The notes below the pieces were generated by a model. The model made no database searches. It saw nothing but the letters and a program-made list of their open reading frames with translations, and had not been told where the DNA came from. A stretch of 64,000 nt of DNA from the human T2T-CHM13v2.0 reference genome, Homo sapiens. A program made the position numbers and the translations under genes. Of the stretch, positions 1 through 14,885 are shown piece after piece (position 1 is the stretch's first letter; each line of letters starts with the position of its first letter). The stretch lies in NCBI RefSeq assembly GCF_009914755.1, contig NC_060947.1; one strand, 5' to 3'.

Positions 1-1958
1 AAAACTGGAATCAATTTCCTCAAACTCTGTCATTGCTTCATCAACTAGGTTTATGGAATATTCTAAACCTTGTGTTGTTATTTCAACAATGTTCAGAACA
101 TCATCAACAGGAGTAGATGCTATCTCAAGTAACCACTTTCTTTGCTCATCTGTAAGAAGCAATTCCTCATCTGTTTAAGTTTTATCATGAGATTGCAGCA
201 ATGTGGTCACATCTTCAGGCCCCACTTCTAATCCTATTTCTTTTTCTGTTTCCACCCCATCTGCAGTAACCTCCACTGAAGTCTTGAACCCCTCAAAGTC
301 ATTCATGAGGGTTGGAATCAACTTCCTCCAAATGCTTATTAAAATGGTGATATTTTGACCTCCTTCCATGAATCACAGGTATCCTTAATGGCATCTGAAA
401 TAACAAATTATTTCCAAATGGTTTTCAATTTACCTGTCTCAGATCTATCAGAGGAATCACTATGGCAGCTATAGCCTTACAATATGAATTTTTTAAATCA
501 AAAGACTTGAAAGTAGAGATTACTGCTTGATCCATGGGCTGCAAAATGGATGTTGTTAGCAGGCATGAAAAGAATATTCATCTCCTATTACACCTCCATA
601 AGGGTTCTTAAGAGACTAGGTGCCTTGCCAATGAGCAGTAATATTTTGAAAGAAATCTTTTTTTTTTTTTCTTAGCATTAGGTCTCAACAGTGGGCTTAA
701 AAATATCCAGTAAACCATGCTGTAAATAGATATGCTGTATCCAGGCTTTGCTATTCCATTTACAGAGCACAGGCATAATAGATTTAGCATATTCTTAAGG
801 GCCATAGAATTTTCAAAATGGTAAATGAGCATTGGCTTCAACTGGAAGTCATCAGCTGCAAGAGCAAATAAGGGAGTAAGCTTGTTCTTTGAAGTTTTGA
901 AGTCAGGCATTAACTTCTCTCTAGTTATGAAACTTATAGATGGCATCTTCTTACAATAGAAGGTTGTTTAGTTCACATAGAAAATCTGTTGTTTAGGGTA
1001 GCAACCTTCATCAATGATCGTAGCTAGATCTTCTGTCTAAATTGCTGCATCTTCTACATAACTACTTGCTGCTTCATCTTGCACTTTTTTGTTGTTCTTG
1101 TTACGGGATGGCTTTTTTTTACTTAAACCTCATGAACCAACCTCTGCTAGCTTCAAACTTTCCTTCTGCAGCTTCCCCACCTCTCTCGGCCTTCATAGAA
1201 TTAAAAAGAGTTAGGGCCTTGCTCTGGATTTGGGAATGTTGTGGCTGGTTTGATCTTCTATCCAGACCACAAAAACTCTCTCCACATCAACAATAAGGCT
1301 GTTTTGTTTTCTTGTCATTAATCTGTTAACTGGAATACCACATTTAGTTTCCATCAAGAATGTTTTCCTTGCATTCACAGCTTCGTTATGTATTTCACAT
1401 TGGAGGAATGGCTTTCAGCCTCTCTCAGCCATTGACATGCCTTCCTCACTAAGCTTAATCATTTCCAGCTTTTGATTCAAAATGAGAGATTCATAACTTT
1501 CTCCTACTTGAACCATTAGAGGCCATTGTAGGTTTATTAAATGACCTAATTTCAATAGTATTGTGACTCAAGAAATAAGGAAGCCCAAAGAGAGAGAGAC
1601 AGGAGATGAGATGAGAGAATGGCCAGTGGGAACAATGAGAAGACACAAAATTCATCAATTGAGTTTACTGTGCCAAATGGTTAGAATTCATGGTTTCCCA
1701 AAAAATTTACAATAGTAATATCAAAGATCACTGATCAGTGATCACCATAACAGATATAACAATAATGAAAAAGTTTGACATATTGCAAGAATTACCAAAA
1801 TGTGACACACAGAGACAAAATGAGCATATGCTATTTAAAAAATGGCACTGATAGCCTTCCTGGACACAGGATTGCCACAAACCCTCAATTTGTAAAAAAA
1901 AAATGCAATTATCTACAGAATGCAATAAAGTGAAGCACAGTAAAAGGAGGTATACCTG
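1..1958 (-). mobile_element. Tigger1 (TcMar/pogo) DNA transposon, degenerate transposase, runs off the window start
   Basis: Reverse strand begins CAGGTATACCTC... (Tigger1 TIR) followed by a TA target site at 1959-1960. ORF fragments 608-946 ([13 protein letters not shown]) and 175-369 (FKTSVEVTAD, LEVGPEDVTTLLQSHDKT) resemble Tigger1 transposase. Confidence 0.95.
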
Positions 1959-2384
1959 TATAACAAAGAAATAGAAAAACCCTACAAATACGCAATAGCA
2001 AAATGACAAAATTTATCTAAGTAAATGTCAGGATGACTTAAGAGTAAGCAAGGCATTAATATACTACCTAGAGGTCTAATACCAAGCCATATGGTGACCT
2101 CAATATATGCTGAGAAGACAATTCAATACAATTTAGCATGTGTTTTTGATTTAATTATGTTCTTAGTAAAGTATGAATAGAAGGATATAGTCTTACTTTG
2201 ATAGTTTTTATTTATATCTCCAAATCCAGTGCTCTTCCCAGTGGCTATCATTATTTTACCAAAAAAGTAGCAGGGTGTTGCACAGAGGAAATAATATATA
2301 ATGAAAACATAAAATTTTCCTGGTGAGTGTGGTTGGGATTTTCAAGTATCCATTCTAATTCTAAAAGATTGCTCTATGTTAGTT

Positions 2385-2776
2385 GGGGTAATCCCATTTT
2401 CCTCACGAATGTTTGATTTAAAAATGGACATGCAACTCAACTGTATCCAGTAAAATATAAGGGAAATTATGTTGGGACACTTGCATAAAAAGTGTGCTCC
2501 CTCCTAAGAAAGAGACTTGAGATATTACAATCGTTTTCTCTTCTAGCTATTTCAGTGTCTGGATGTGACCGTCTGAACTGCTGTAGTCACACAGTAGTTA
2601 TGAAGCCAAGTTCAATGGCTATACCAGAAAGATTGGTCTTTGAGTTATTGTTGCACCATGGCTGGATCCTGCCTGCCCTAGTTGTCATTTTTCATGTATG
2701 TAAGATAAAAAGTAAACTAATTATTTAAACCAGTTGGAGCTGAATTTTTTTTATCACTTGCTTTCTAAATGATACA
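2385..2776 (+). mobile_element. Old MaLR LTR (MLT1J/K-like)
   Basis: 3' end ...taaactaattatttaaaccagttggagctg...tgataca is typical of old MLT1 LTRs. Highly diverged. Confidence 0.55.
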
Positions 2777-3434
2777 TCTGTGATAAACTAAATGCCAAAA
2801 CTATACTTAATAATGAAACAAGAAACAAATTCCCATTAAAACCAGCTTTCCTATATACTAGCAATAGAGATGTCCTCTATCACTACTATTATTTGACATG
2901 ATTTTAGGAAGTTCTAGCTAAAAATTGAAAGACAACTTTTGGATATTAGGTAACAAGTACGTAATTTTTTACAGATGAAATAATTGTAGGAATTGAAAAC
3001 CAACATGATAATTAATAAATATGGAATTGTGGTTGCTCTAACATGGGGCCAGAAAGAACTGATAAATTTATAAAAATTATTATAATTAATGCATGCCAAC
3101 AATAAGCAATTAGAAGCCATAATGGAGAAAAAGTACCATTACTAATAACAAAAATATTAAATTCAGTTTTAAAACCCTACTATGAAATGTGTGGAAGTAT
3201 ATAAAAAGCAAACATAAAAACATGTATAAAATATTAAAGAATAATTTTAATAGCACTTTCCCCATAACTTCTGTAGAGAAATACTTTCTTAATAGTTGAT
3301 CAGGTGCATGGACTTTATTAGAGAAAAATGCTGGAAATTGGAGCTTTAGGTAAAATGAATAAACAGATTACAAGCTCAAGCTTCTGTATAGCATGTTTTA
3401 TATTACATTATTTTTTATTTAGATTCCTATTTTC

Positions 3435-4129
3435 TTGTTTTTCTTTATTTCTTCTAAAAAATAGAAAAAGGGGATACATGTGCAGAACGTGCATGTTTGT
3501 TACATAGGCATACGTGTGCCATGGTGGTTTGCTGCACCTATTGACCTATCCTCCAAGTTCCTTCCCTTCACCCCGCACCTCCCAACAGGCCCTGGTGTGT
3601 GCTGTTCCCCTTTCTGGGTCCATGTGTTCTCAATGTTCAACTCCCACTTATAAGTGAGAACATGTGGTGTTTGGTTTTCTGTTCCTGCGTTAGTTCGCAA
3701 AAATCACAAGCATTCCTTTACACCAACAATAGGCAAGCAGAGACCCAAATCATGAATGAACTCCCATTTACAATCACTACAAAGAGAACAAAATACCTAG
3801 GAACACAGCTAACAAGGGATGTGAAGGACCTCTTCAAGGAGAACTACAGGCCACTGCTCAAGGAAATAAGAGAGGAAACAAACAAATGGAAAAACATTTC
3901 ATCCTCATGGATAGGAATAATCAATATCGTGAAAATGGCCACACTGCCCAAAGTAATTTATAGATTCAATGCTATTCCCACCAAACTACCATTGACATTG
4001 TTCACAGAATTAGAAAAAACTATTTTAAATTTCATATGGAATCAAAGAAGACCCCATATAGCCAAGACAATCCTAAGCAAAAAGAACAAAGCTGGAGGCA
4101 TCACGCTACCTGACTTCAAACTATACTAC
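3435..4129 (-). mobile_element. L1PA8-like 5'-truncated LINE-1 with 5' inversion (3'UTR on minus 3435-3695, ORF2 piece on plus 3696-4129)
   Basis: L1PA 3'UTR in reverse. The ORF 3599-4132 tail is L1 ORF2 ([29 protein letters not shown]). 15 bp TSD tagattcctattttc (3420-3434) / taggttcctattttc (4130-4144). Confidence 0.93.
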
Positions 4130-5202
4130 TAGGTTCCTATTTTCAAGTCATGCTCTATGCGCTACCACAGTGAATCAGGCCCAAGGCTCCTGTGTGTGGT
4201 GCTACTGCACCTTCCCTGGAAAGGCCAAACTGAAACCAGGATGAGTTCCAGGGGATAGGAGGCATTTTCTAAGACACTTGGTACCTCTCTGTCTAGGAAA
4301 AGGAGCCGTCAACAGGTATCATTTGTTGCAACTCACTACATCCCTGGGAGATATGTAGGGAAAAAGAGCCACAGAACCAGAGCAAATTTAATCATTAAGC
4401 TATACTAATTATTATCATTTCTCCCTTCCTGAGCCTTGGGTCTGTTTCTCTATATTGGCTGCAGACATTGTGGACAGCTAGTAAAAATTTCGTGTACAAT
4501 ACTGTGACCTTGAACAAAACAGGAAAATTCCAATCTTGGACACATACCAATGTGATATTTTGTGTTTGTGTAGTTGGTCACGGGAGCAGTACCACAACCA
4601 GGTGACTGGAAAACTTTTCTTCTAAAGAGGACTGACTAATCCTAGATAATAAAATAAAATAGGCCTTTTCAACTGATTGTAGGGACCTAACTCCATCTCA
4701 GAATCTAGACTCCAGTGTACACATATGAGCTTCCTCAACTACATGCAATCACAGAAGATATAAATGTCATCCCTGGACACACATGTTTTGATATGAGTTT
4801 CAGTGGAAGTAACAGAACTAGTGGCAGAAACAAAAGTGTAAGAAAGTGGACAGTTTGGAGAGCAGCCAATAGGCAATATGTTGGCAGCAGTTATGAAGAA
4901 TTCTAGCTTCAAGAATCTATATCTGAATTCTGACCATACTGGCAAGCTGTAATAGATAACAGAGCTTACACCAAACATGAAGTTAAATATGTCCCTTCCG
5001 TGAAGCTGATGTGGGCATTAGTAGCCGTCACTTGTAAAGATATCTGTGTCCTGTAAAATATAGATCTTTGGCACTCAGACCAGTAGAAGCATAAGGAAAG
5101 GGGAGGATGAGAGGGCCAGGGCAGAAAGACCTGAGCAACATATTCTGGAGTACATGGGTGTAAACTCTTATCAGTAAGTGGTTTGGGGCGGTGGGGTTGG
5201 GA

Positions 5203-5588
5203 GTGCTAATGACTGAGCAGTGACTCACAAAAATCCATATATTCAAGCCCTAACCTCCAATGTTACTGTATTTGGAAAAAGGGCCTATAAGGAGGTAATT
5301 AAGGTTAAATAAGTTCATATAGTAGAATTCTGATGTCTTTTTAAGAAAGGACACCAGAACGTACTCTCTCTCTCTTACTCTCTCATTCTCTCACTCTGTC
5401 TGTCTTTCTTTGTCTTTCTCTCTGCCACGTGAGGACACAGCAAGAAGGTGGCAATCTATACGCCAGGAAAAGAGCCCTCACCAGAAACTGAATTGTCTGG
5501 CACCTTGATCTTAGATTAGCAACTGCATTTCTATTTAAGCTACCCAGGCTGTGGTGTTTTGTTAGAGCAGCCCTAACAGACTAACACA
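5203..5588 (+). mobile_element. MLT1A-type MaLR solo LTR
   Basis: aggtaattaaggttaaat, gccacgtgaggacacagcaagaaggtggc, ccctcaccagaa, ending cagactaacaca. Confidence 0.85.
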
Positions 5589-6496
5589 TAGAGGATGGAA
5601 TGCATGTAGAATGGTTAGTACTACCAGTTCCTTTGAAATTGTGATACATAAAAATTCAGATTTAAACCACAATTAACATTCAATGAATGCAATAGAGGGA
5701 ATATAAGCACAAGACTCTGAGATTTAGGGTGCAATGTTTTGCCTGGAAAAAAATGTGTGTGTTTCTATACTGGGGAATAATTTATTTTAGAGTCACTATT
5801 TTAAACTGAAATCACATTTTAAACGTGCTATTGGTAACTTCTCACACAGAGCCAAAAGATCTGATATTAATAAAGATAGTCCACGGCAAACTCATTTGTG
5901 ACTTCAAACTATTAGTGAAGTTGCATTTTTGTAGACAAAGTCCCATATGGGGATCAAGGCTCCTGCACTATGAAAACATTTTTGACTAGTGCTTCTTGTT
6001 GGTGAAACTGCAGTTTCCGGAAGAATGTATATCATGGTGAATGACCCTCGAAAGGCAAAAGCTAGTGAAGCATCAGCAGAGGGATAGCACAGGGCTAATG
6101 AAAGCCTTGGGATTTCTATAGGATGACAAAAATACAGAGAGAAGAGCAGAGAATTGGAAACTGGGAATTCGCAGCCATGAACTTTTTGCCTTTTACAAAT
6201 GTTAGACACTCTTATTGTAATACAGTAATGTAGTATATACACTTTTTGAAAAAAAGAAAAGTTTTCTTTTGAGTTTTTAAACCTTGAATATTACAGTCTG
6301 TTTCTGTGCTCTCCATATATACATTGGTATATACATTGGAGCTTAGAAAATGTAGGCTTCTTGAGATATTTATTATTTTATGTCAGCTTTGGGAGTAAGA
6401 AAATGGAAGCCAATTCTAGTACCAATCTTCAGAAAATGAGCACAGATAAGGAAAGGGATCAAAATATCGACAATGTCTGTAGACATTGGGATCATG

Positions 6497-6755
6497 AGTG
6501 GCAGCATAGTGGTTAGAAGTGTAGGCTCTCAAGCTAGTCTGCTTGTTTTGAATCTTGACTTTCACACTTACTGGTGTGAAATACTAGGAAAAATACTTAA
6601 GTTCACTATGTCTCCATTTCTTCATTTGTAAAAATAAAATAACAATAACATTGTATACCTCTGGTTTCCATGAGTATTGAACAAAATGATGCATGGATGA
6701 CAAATAGTAGAATATTTAAGCCATTGTAAGTGCCCAGTCACTGTTAGCTATTATT
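6497..6755 (+). mobile_element. MIR SINE
   Basis: gcagcatagtggttag start, core tttcttcatttgtaaaa, tail gttagctatt. Confidence 0.8.
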
Positions 6756-7014
6756 TTCTTCAAAAATTTTTCAATTTCTTACAATAAGCATATGTTCCTT
6801 TACTATCAGAAGAATATTATATTACAAAGATATAACTTTATAACTTTACTGACATCTTTGATATATACATTCTTTCATTTTGTGGATTTTGTAATTTGGG
6901 TTTGGATAAGGTTTGAGACAAGAACATGTTATTAGCCATTTAATAGTAATCCAGTGAAACCAATCTGCATGCTGGCAAAGAATGTGAATACAATCTACAT
7001 TTTAGTATCCACAA

Positions 7015-7197
7015 CTTTTGCATTCTATTTCTGACAGTGACTAACTGTGAGACTTCGTACAAGTTATTTAACTGCCTGTACAAAATGAGGATAATAATAC
7101 CATGCTTGTATGGTGGTGGTGGTGAACAGGTTAGACAAATAAGAAAGACTCCTGCACAAGGTTGACACAAACAGGAACTCCATCAATATTAGTTACT
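7015..7197 (+). mobile_element. MIR SINE fragment
   Basis: aactgtgagac...caagttatttaac...aaaatgaggataataatac core. Confidence 0.65.
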
Positions 7198-8274
7198 AAG
7201 ACATCCCACCCACATTTAGCAGTTTAGACCAGGTATTCTGGTGTGTACTACATGCCAGTACAATTGTTTTTAAATATAGGAATACAATACAGACTGCTGG
7301 ATTCATCTTTTTGCTATTGTTTTCATATAGACAATTTACAGACATACTAAGTTTATGTGGCCAAAACACAACTGTGTCAACTATTTTTTTTTTTTTGCAA
7401 TAGCCATGTGACCAACTATAAGATACAACTTTAATGTCAGGAAGTTCCTCTAAGGGACACCTACTCCTTAATTAAATTAAAACCATGCCTAATATGAAAT
7501 TCCATTATCTGTGCAATTTGATCAGTCTAAAGGTGTAAGTCAGGAAGATCTTTCAACATCAACACTTCTATAGAAGTGACATATAATCATCTGAAGTATG
7601 CAGTGGTAGACTCTTTTGCCTAAAACACTCGGGTATTGCCATTATGGTGGCATAATTGACATTGCATATTTACTCTATAAAGAATATCCAAAGAGCCTTA
7701 TGATTATTATAAAATGTGAACACACAGCCATTGATGAAATTACAGAATGTCTCGAGATTTACAATGATAGAAATGACTTATTTTATCAATTTCTATTTAT
7801 TTCTATTTTGTGCATGACATTAACCTTGAGTAGCTAGAAATACATACTTCAACGTCATCTTGTATTTTGTTGATAGACACATCTCCAAAAGCATAAAGTG
7901 GAATATCAATTGCAAAAACCAGAGATTTATGTTCTCTATAGTATACTAGCACAAGTTCAAAAGTCAATAACTGTTGACTAGTCCCCAGAAAAACCTAACA
8001 CTGGAAATTCAATACCATAGAATATCAGGCAACACCACTCCTATAACCCAAGTAGTCTGTAGCTCAACAGAAGCTGACTTTAATAAAATAAAATTGATAT
8101 ATTGAATAGTGATAGCACTCTCTTGAAGCCCATCTATTTTTAAAGACAGCTTAAAGATCCATTTATTTTGGAATAGATACATTATAAATTTTGTTACGTG
8201 AACGTGAGTAGCACTGATTCAATAGACTAAAGTAATTCAAATTATCAGTATTTCCCCCCAAAACCTAAATTACT

Positions 8275-8440
8275 GATATGTGGTGATTAAAGATAAGAAT
8301 TTTTGATGTCAGAGAGATCTTTGTTTGAATTGTCCTTCCACCAATTTATTGTGACATTTAGCAAATAATCTCTCTGAGCCTCAATTTTTTCATGTTATTA
8401 ATAAATAGTAATAATCCTCAGGTTTATTTTAAGGTTTGAG
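8275..8440 (+). mobile_element. MIR SINE, 5' part (tail resumes at about 11797-11845)
   Basis: Core aatctctctgagcctcaattttttcat. Tail agcacttagaa...tgctcaataaattgtagcta after the L2. Confidence 0.65.
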
Positions 8441-8520
8441 TTCACATTACCTTCTACAATTCACTGGTTTATATATTCCAATATTCTGAATCCATAACTC
8501 CTATAAAACAGCTATTGTCC

Positions 8521-10449
8521 AGGTGTCAAGAACATACATTGGGGAAAGGACAGTCTCTCCAAAAAATGGTGTTGGGAAAACTGGATATCCATATACAAAA
8601 GAATGAAACGGCACCCCATCTCTCTCTATGTAAAAATCAAATCAAAATGGATTAAAGACCTAAATCTAAAACCTCAAGCTGTAAAACTCCCAAAATAAAA
8701 CATTGGAGAAACTCTCCAGGACATTTGTGGGCAAAGATTTCTTAACACCCTACACGCACAGGCAACCAAAGCAAAAGTGGACAAATGGAATCATATCAAG
8801 TTAAAGAGCTTTTTCACAGCAAATGAAAAAATCAACAAAGTGAAGAGACAACTCACAGAATGGGAGAAAATATTTGCAAACTATGTATCTGACAAGGGAT
8901 TCATAACCAGAATATATAAGGAGCTCAAATAACTCTATAGGAAAAAAAATCTATCAATATGATTAAAAATGGGCAAAATATCAGAATATAAATTTCACAA
9001 AAGAAGACATATAAATGGAAAACATCTATAGGAAAAGTTGTTCAATATCATTGATCATAAGATAAATGGAAATAAATAGTACAATGAGGTATCATCTCAC
9101 TCCGGTTAGAATGGCTTTTATCCAAAATTCAGGCAATAACAAATGCTGGCGGGGATGTAGAGAAAAGGGAATCCTTGCACACTGTTGGTGGGAATGTAAA
9201 TTAGTACAGACACTATAGAGAACTGTTTATAGGTTCCTCAAAAAATGAAAAATAGAGCTGACATTGATCTAGCAACCCAACTCCTAGGTATACACTCAAA
9301 AGAAGGGAAATCAGTATCTCAAAAAGATATCTGCATTCCCATGTTTATCACTATTTACAACAGCTAAGATTTGTAAGCAAACTAGGTGTCTATCAATAGA
9401 TAAGTGTATAAGGAAAATGTGATACATTTACACAATGAAGTACCATTCAGCCATAAAAAGAATGAGATCCTGTCATTTCTAATAACATATATAGAATTGT
9501 ACTTCATCATATTAAGTGAAATGAATCAGGCACAGAAAGACTAACTTTGTATGTTTTCACTTATTTGTGGGAGCTAAAAATTAAAATAATCGAAGTTATA
9601 GAAAAAAAAGAGTGGAAAAGTGGTTACCAGAGGCTGAGAAGAGTAGTGGGGGGGCTTCGGAGGAAGTGGAAATGGTTAATAGGTACAAAACAAGTAGAAA
9701 GAATGAATAAAATCTAGTATTTGCTAGCACAACAGAATGACTACAGTAAATAAATAATTTATTTGTATTTAAAATAACTAAAAGAGTGCATTAGTCAAGG
9801 TTTTCTAGAGGGACAGAACTAATAGCATAGATGTATATATAAAGGGGAGTTTATTAAGGAGTATTAACTCACACAATCATGAGGTGAGGTCCCGCAATAG
9901 ACCGTCTGCAAGCCGAGGAGCAAGGAAGCCAGTCTGAGTCCCAAAACCTCAAAAGCAGGGAAGCTGACAGTTGCTGCCTTCAGTCTGTGGTCGAAGGTCC
10001 AAGCGTCACAGTGCTGAAGAACTTGGAGTCCAATGTTTGAGGGCAGAAACCATCCAGCATGGGAGAAAGATGTAGGCCAGGAGACTAAGCCAGTCTAGTC
10101 TTTTCAGCTGATTACATTGTGCCCACCCAGACTGAGGGTGGGTCTGCCTTTCCCAGTTCACTGACTCAAATGTTAATCTTCTTTGGCAACACCCTCACAG
10201 ACACAGCCAGGAACAATACTTTGCATCCTTCAATCCAATCAAGTTGACATTCAACATTAATCATCACCAAGAGTATAATTCGATTGTTTGTAACACAAAT
10301 AATAAGTGCTTGGGGTGGTGGATACTCCATTTACTCTATTGTGATTTTTACATATTGCATGCCTGTATCAAAATATCTCATGTAACTCATAAATATATAC
10401 ACCTACTATGTGCCCAAAAAAGATAAAAAAGTAAAAATAAATAAATAAA
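8521..10449 (+). mobile_element. L1MA (L1MA2-4-like) 3' end, interrupted by an MLT2A LTR
   Basis: ORF2 3' end and L1MA 3'UTR (atatatacacctactatgt...A-tail). Candidate TSD tattgtccaggt (8513-8524) / tattgtcaaggt (10450-10461). Confidence 0.9.
9787..10268 (-). mobile_element. MLT2A (ERVL) solo LTR
   Basis: tgcattagtcaaggttttctagagggacagaactaatag...caatccaatcaagttgac. 5 bp TSD aagag at 9782-9786 and 10269-10273. Confidence 0.93.
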
Positions 10450-10454
10450 TATTG

Positions 10455-11792
10455 TCAAGGTTATTAATGATCTCCATATTGCCTTCTCAGCAACATTCAA
10501 CCCAACTAACAGTGTCTTCCTGAAGCATTCTCCTCTCTTTACTTTTGAGACACTAAATTTGCCTGTATACCATTTCATGATACTTCTCAGCCACATCTGA
10601 GAGCTCACCCTTCTCTGTGCAGTATTGAATCCTTGTATTCAAGATTGACTGAAGGCACAACCTTGAGATCCTAGTTTTTCCTTCTCCCCTCTCTTCTTCT
10701 TTTGTCATCTATAATCACTTTCTAGGTAATTCAATTCTAGCATCATAACCTTAAATGCCATTTATATTTTGATAATTCTAAAATATTTACTGAAACCCCA
10801 GACCTATAGTCTGAGTCTAGATTTGTATGTTACAGTTTCTTTGATATCACATTTCACAGGCATCCTAAAGTTAATATGCAAAAGAAAAAGAGCCCTTGAT
10901 TTTCAACTAACAACAACAAAAAACTTGTTGCTTACTAAATTGTCCTCAGTTTACTAACTGTGCCACTGTAAACCCAGTTTTTCAAACTGAAAGCCTACAG
11001 TTTATAATTGATTACTTGCTTTCCTCCATTTCCCAAGCCCATGCATCACCAAATCCTGTGGATTTATCTCCAAAACAAGTTCCCAGTTTACTTCTATCTC
11101 CAATACTATCGTCATTATCCAATCCTACATCTATTGTCACCTGGGACTGATTCAAACGCCTCCTAATAGGCTCCGTTAAAGCCATTGTTTACTCTCACTA
11201 TCCATTCTCCCTGCAGTAGATACAAGAAAATTTTTATAATGCAAATCAGGTCATTTATTGTCCCTGCTTAGAACACTTCAAGGGAGTCTTGTTGTTCTTA
11301 GGATAAAATCCATGTTCCTCACCTTGGACTTTAGGGTTTCTGAATGATCTAGTTCCTGGCTACCTCTCTATCCTCATCTCATGTCATTTTCCTCCTTTCT
11401 CACTGAACTTTAGCCAAACAGGCCCCCTTTTCTGCTCCAACATCTGAAACTCCTTTCTAACGTATTATTGGAATGGTTTGACCCCAGATCCTTTCATGGC
11501 TGGCTCCTTTTCATCTCAGTCCAAATGTCATCTCCTCAGATGCCTTTCTTAACTCTTCCTCTCTAGTTATACTATCTCATTATCCTGTTGATGTCCTTTA
11601 GAGTAGCTAATGTAATGTAGTTGTCATTCATTTATGTGTTTGCTATCTGTTTCCTTGAGTAAAATATAAGCTAATGTAAGCTGTGTGTAAGCAAGGATGT
11701 TGTTTCTTTTATTTATTGCAATATCACAAGAGTCCTAGAAAAGTTTTGTGTTTTAGGAGTGCTCTATACATATTTATGGAATGAATAAATAA
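10455..11792 (+). mobile_element. L2 LINE 3' portion
   Basis: L2 motifs (gtcaaggtt...aatgatctcc, aaatgtcatctcctcaga) and 3' end atatttatggaatgaataaat. Confidence 0.8.
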
Positions 11793-12756
11793 TAGATACA
11801 AGCACTTAGAATAATGATTATGCTCAATAAATTGTAGCTATAAGTTTTATTAAATTAAGAACATGAAGAAGGAGAAGGGAAGACGAAGAGGAGAAGAAAA
11901 GAGGGAAAAAGTAAAATAGGAGGAGGTTGGAGAAAGAGAATGAGGAACTTCCTAAGTCTTCCTATAAATTTATACTTTGTTGATGCAGTGATCAGGATAC
12001 CATGCATAGAATTCTAAAAGAACTATTTTCATTAAGCTGTGGAAAACTATTGAGAATAAATCTGGAAGTGACAGACAACAGCAAATAGGCCCGTCCTACT
12101 GTGAGGGATGTTTGGATTCATTTGTATCATAATTTCTCATTTTGTTAACAGGGCACTGACATTTTTCCATCAAATATTGCATAATCAGTAAGCTTTCATG
12201 TAAGGTCTTATTTGGTTTCTTCAAGCACTTCCAATTTTTTTTTCTCTTTTGAAGAAAAAGTTATATCTTTTGTTTACAAGTGAATGGATAAATTCAGGTG
12301 GAATGATGCTAATTCTGCCCTATAAGTTCTCCATTTTCAAAAATTACCTTGGAAACCTGTAATCGTGTATTTTTAAATGAATTTATTACAATATGATTCC
12401 AACAGTTGTGCTTTTCTTCCTTTATATATTCAGGTGTGGAAATCTGCTACATATGAAGTATCATCCTATAAATTATTCCTAATATTAAGTGTTGAGGAAA
12501 ACAGCATAGTCCCAAACCATTAAGAGAAGCACCTTCCTTTGTGTTAGTTAACATCTCTGAAAAACGGCTGATGATATGTAGGAAAAAAAAAAACTCAACA
12601 CTTTCATCAATTATTTTAATTTATTAGCACCCAGGAAGTAGTTATGGCTGTATTTTTTGGTTCCAAGATAAAATTAAAGCCACATAGTGTATTAGTCCTG
12701 CTAGGCAGATTGCCTGACATCAAAATCTTCACTGTGCCAAGAACAAGTAATTTTAA

Positions 12757-13162
<406 letters not shown>

Positions 13163-14449
13163 TATCCTACATTCTTGTTAATAAAATCCTATACTTCTTA
13201 CCATAAATCAAGAACAATAATGTAACTTAACATTACTTTCTTTCAGTAGCACACTACTCTGTGTTAAGCCTACTTGAAACCATAGTAGGATACAACTATA
13301 GGTATCCAAAGAAAATAAAGCATTAACCAACACTCAAGGACAAGAAAAATATAGATGTTTAAGCACAGTTCCCTTTGTTACAAAAAACAGATTTAAAAAT
13401 ACAATCTCTACATAAATATTGTCTATCTTCCTCCTCCTACAGTTTTTCATTTTTATGGGCTTTTAATCTGGATATTTCTAAATTGCTAGTCAGATGATAC
13501 TAGACATCCAGAATCTTTGGAAATAAATCCCACCAGGGAGCCATCATATTTTGTAGATCTGAGAACTTTAATCATTTTACTTCCAATTCTTCTTCAGGAG
13601 CTTTTAAATAGCCTGAATACAGTAAGAATGTTATACCTGCTAGCCATAAAATGAGCAAAGCAAAAGACAATATATTAACTTTCAGGTGGGAATTAAAGTA
13701 TTTTGCACATTGTGTTTCTTAATGAAATGTTTCAGATTAAAGACTATCATATAGCTAGTGAATATTTTAGGCAGGTTGCTTTTTTCTATCATTTTTACAA
13801 GGCCATGTTTCCCAAAATATTTTCCTGTGGATCACTTGTTCTATGAGATGCTATGTAGGAAAAAAAAAAAAAGTCCACTTGTCGAATTCTATTTGCAAGG
13901 GATCCTGAGTTGGACATTCTTCTCTAGAAGATTCGCATTGATACTAGTGTATTAATGACAAACCCAAGAACAGCAATAATAAAACATCTAACCTCACTGA
14001 TCCCAGAGATCATCAAATGTGTTTGTCTAACATAAAATTCCTCTCACCCCCACCATGTGACTTTTATTTATTAGTCCTGAAGAACTCATTAGGAAAAATG
14101 TTGATGGAAACAGTTATTTTTTTCCTAAACCAAAATAGGAGGCCAATGTTCATTTTAAAAACTGAGTTTTTTCCCTATCTCCAAACCAATGTATTATTCA
14201 TGAACTTTTTCTTTAGAAAAGTGATGTTATAAAAAATGCTATTTCCCCTCAAAACGTAATACTTTCATGTTGATGCAAGAAAACATAAAGGGATACTAAA
14301 ACAGGCAACAACTGCCTCCATCACCCCAGCTTGCCAATTTAATAATACAGTTTCTCATTTATTCTGAAATCCCTTTGTTTGTCCCTGTTTACACTCTCAA
14401 GACAAGGTTCTATCTCTCATTTTCATTTCACTGCCAAAGTGTCAACTGG

Positions 14450-14885
14450 CTGATAATCCCATCAAGCCTATTTTAGATAGTTTACTTATATCTCCTTACA
14501 AATTTTCACACATCTGTGCCTCCATTTCTTCTGTTCCTTCTAGAAAGAACTCATCTTCTCCTCAGTTTTCACCTTTTGAATTAACATAACACTTATTTTT
14601 CAGATTGCTTCATATATAACATCTCCTCTTGAATGTATTTCCTAATTTCTATTTTTTTAATGCATCCCTCACTTATTTGCATTTTCATAGAATATTGCTT
14701 ATACATCTATAATAGTTCCGCTTAAACCCATGCTTAACTTTAACTTTTATTAAGATTGTTTTTCCTGTGTTTATAGACCATAAACCTCTTGAGAATAGGA
14801 GAACATGAATTACTCTCTATACTGTGTAGAGCAGTTCCTTCTACAAACTGGATATTAAATATTCATTTGTTGATGGATTGAGCAA
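14450..14885 (+). mobile_element. L2 3' fragment (very old)
   Basis: ataaacctcttgagaatagg...atttgttgatggattga L2 tail. Confidence 0.5.
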
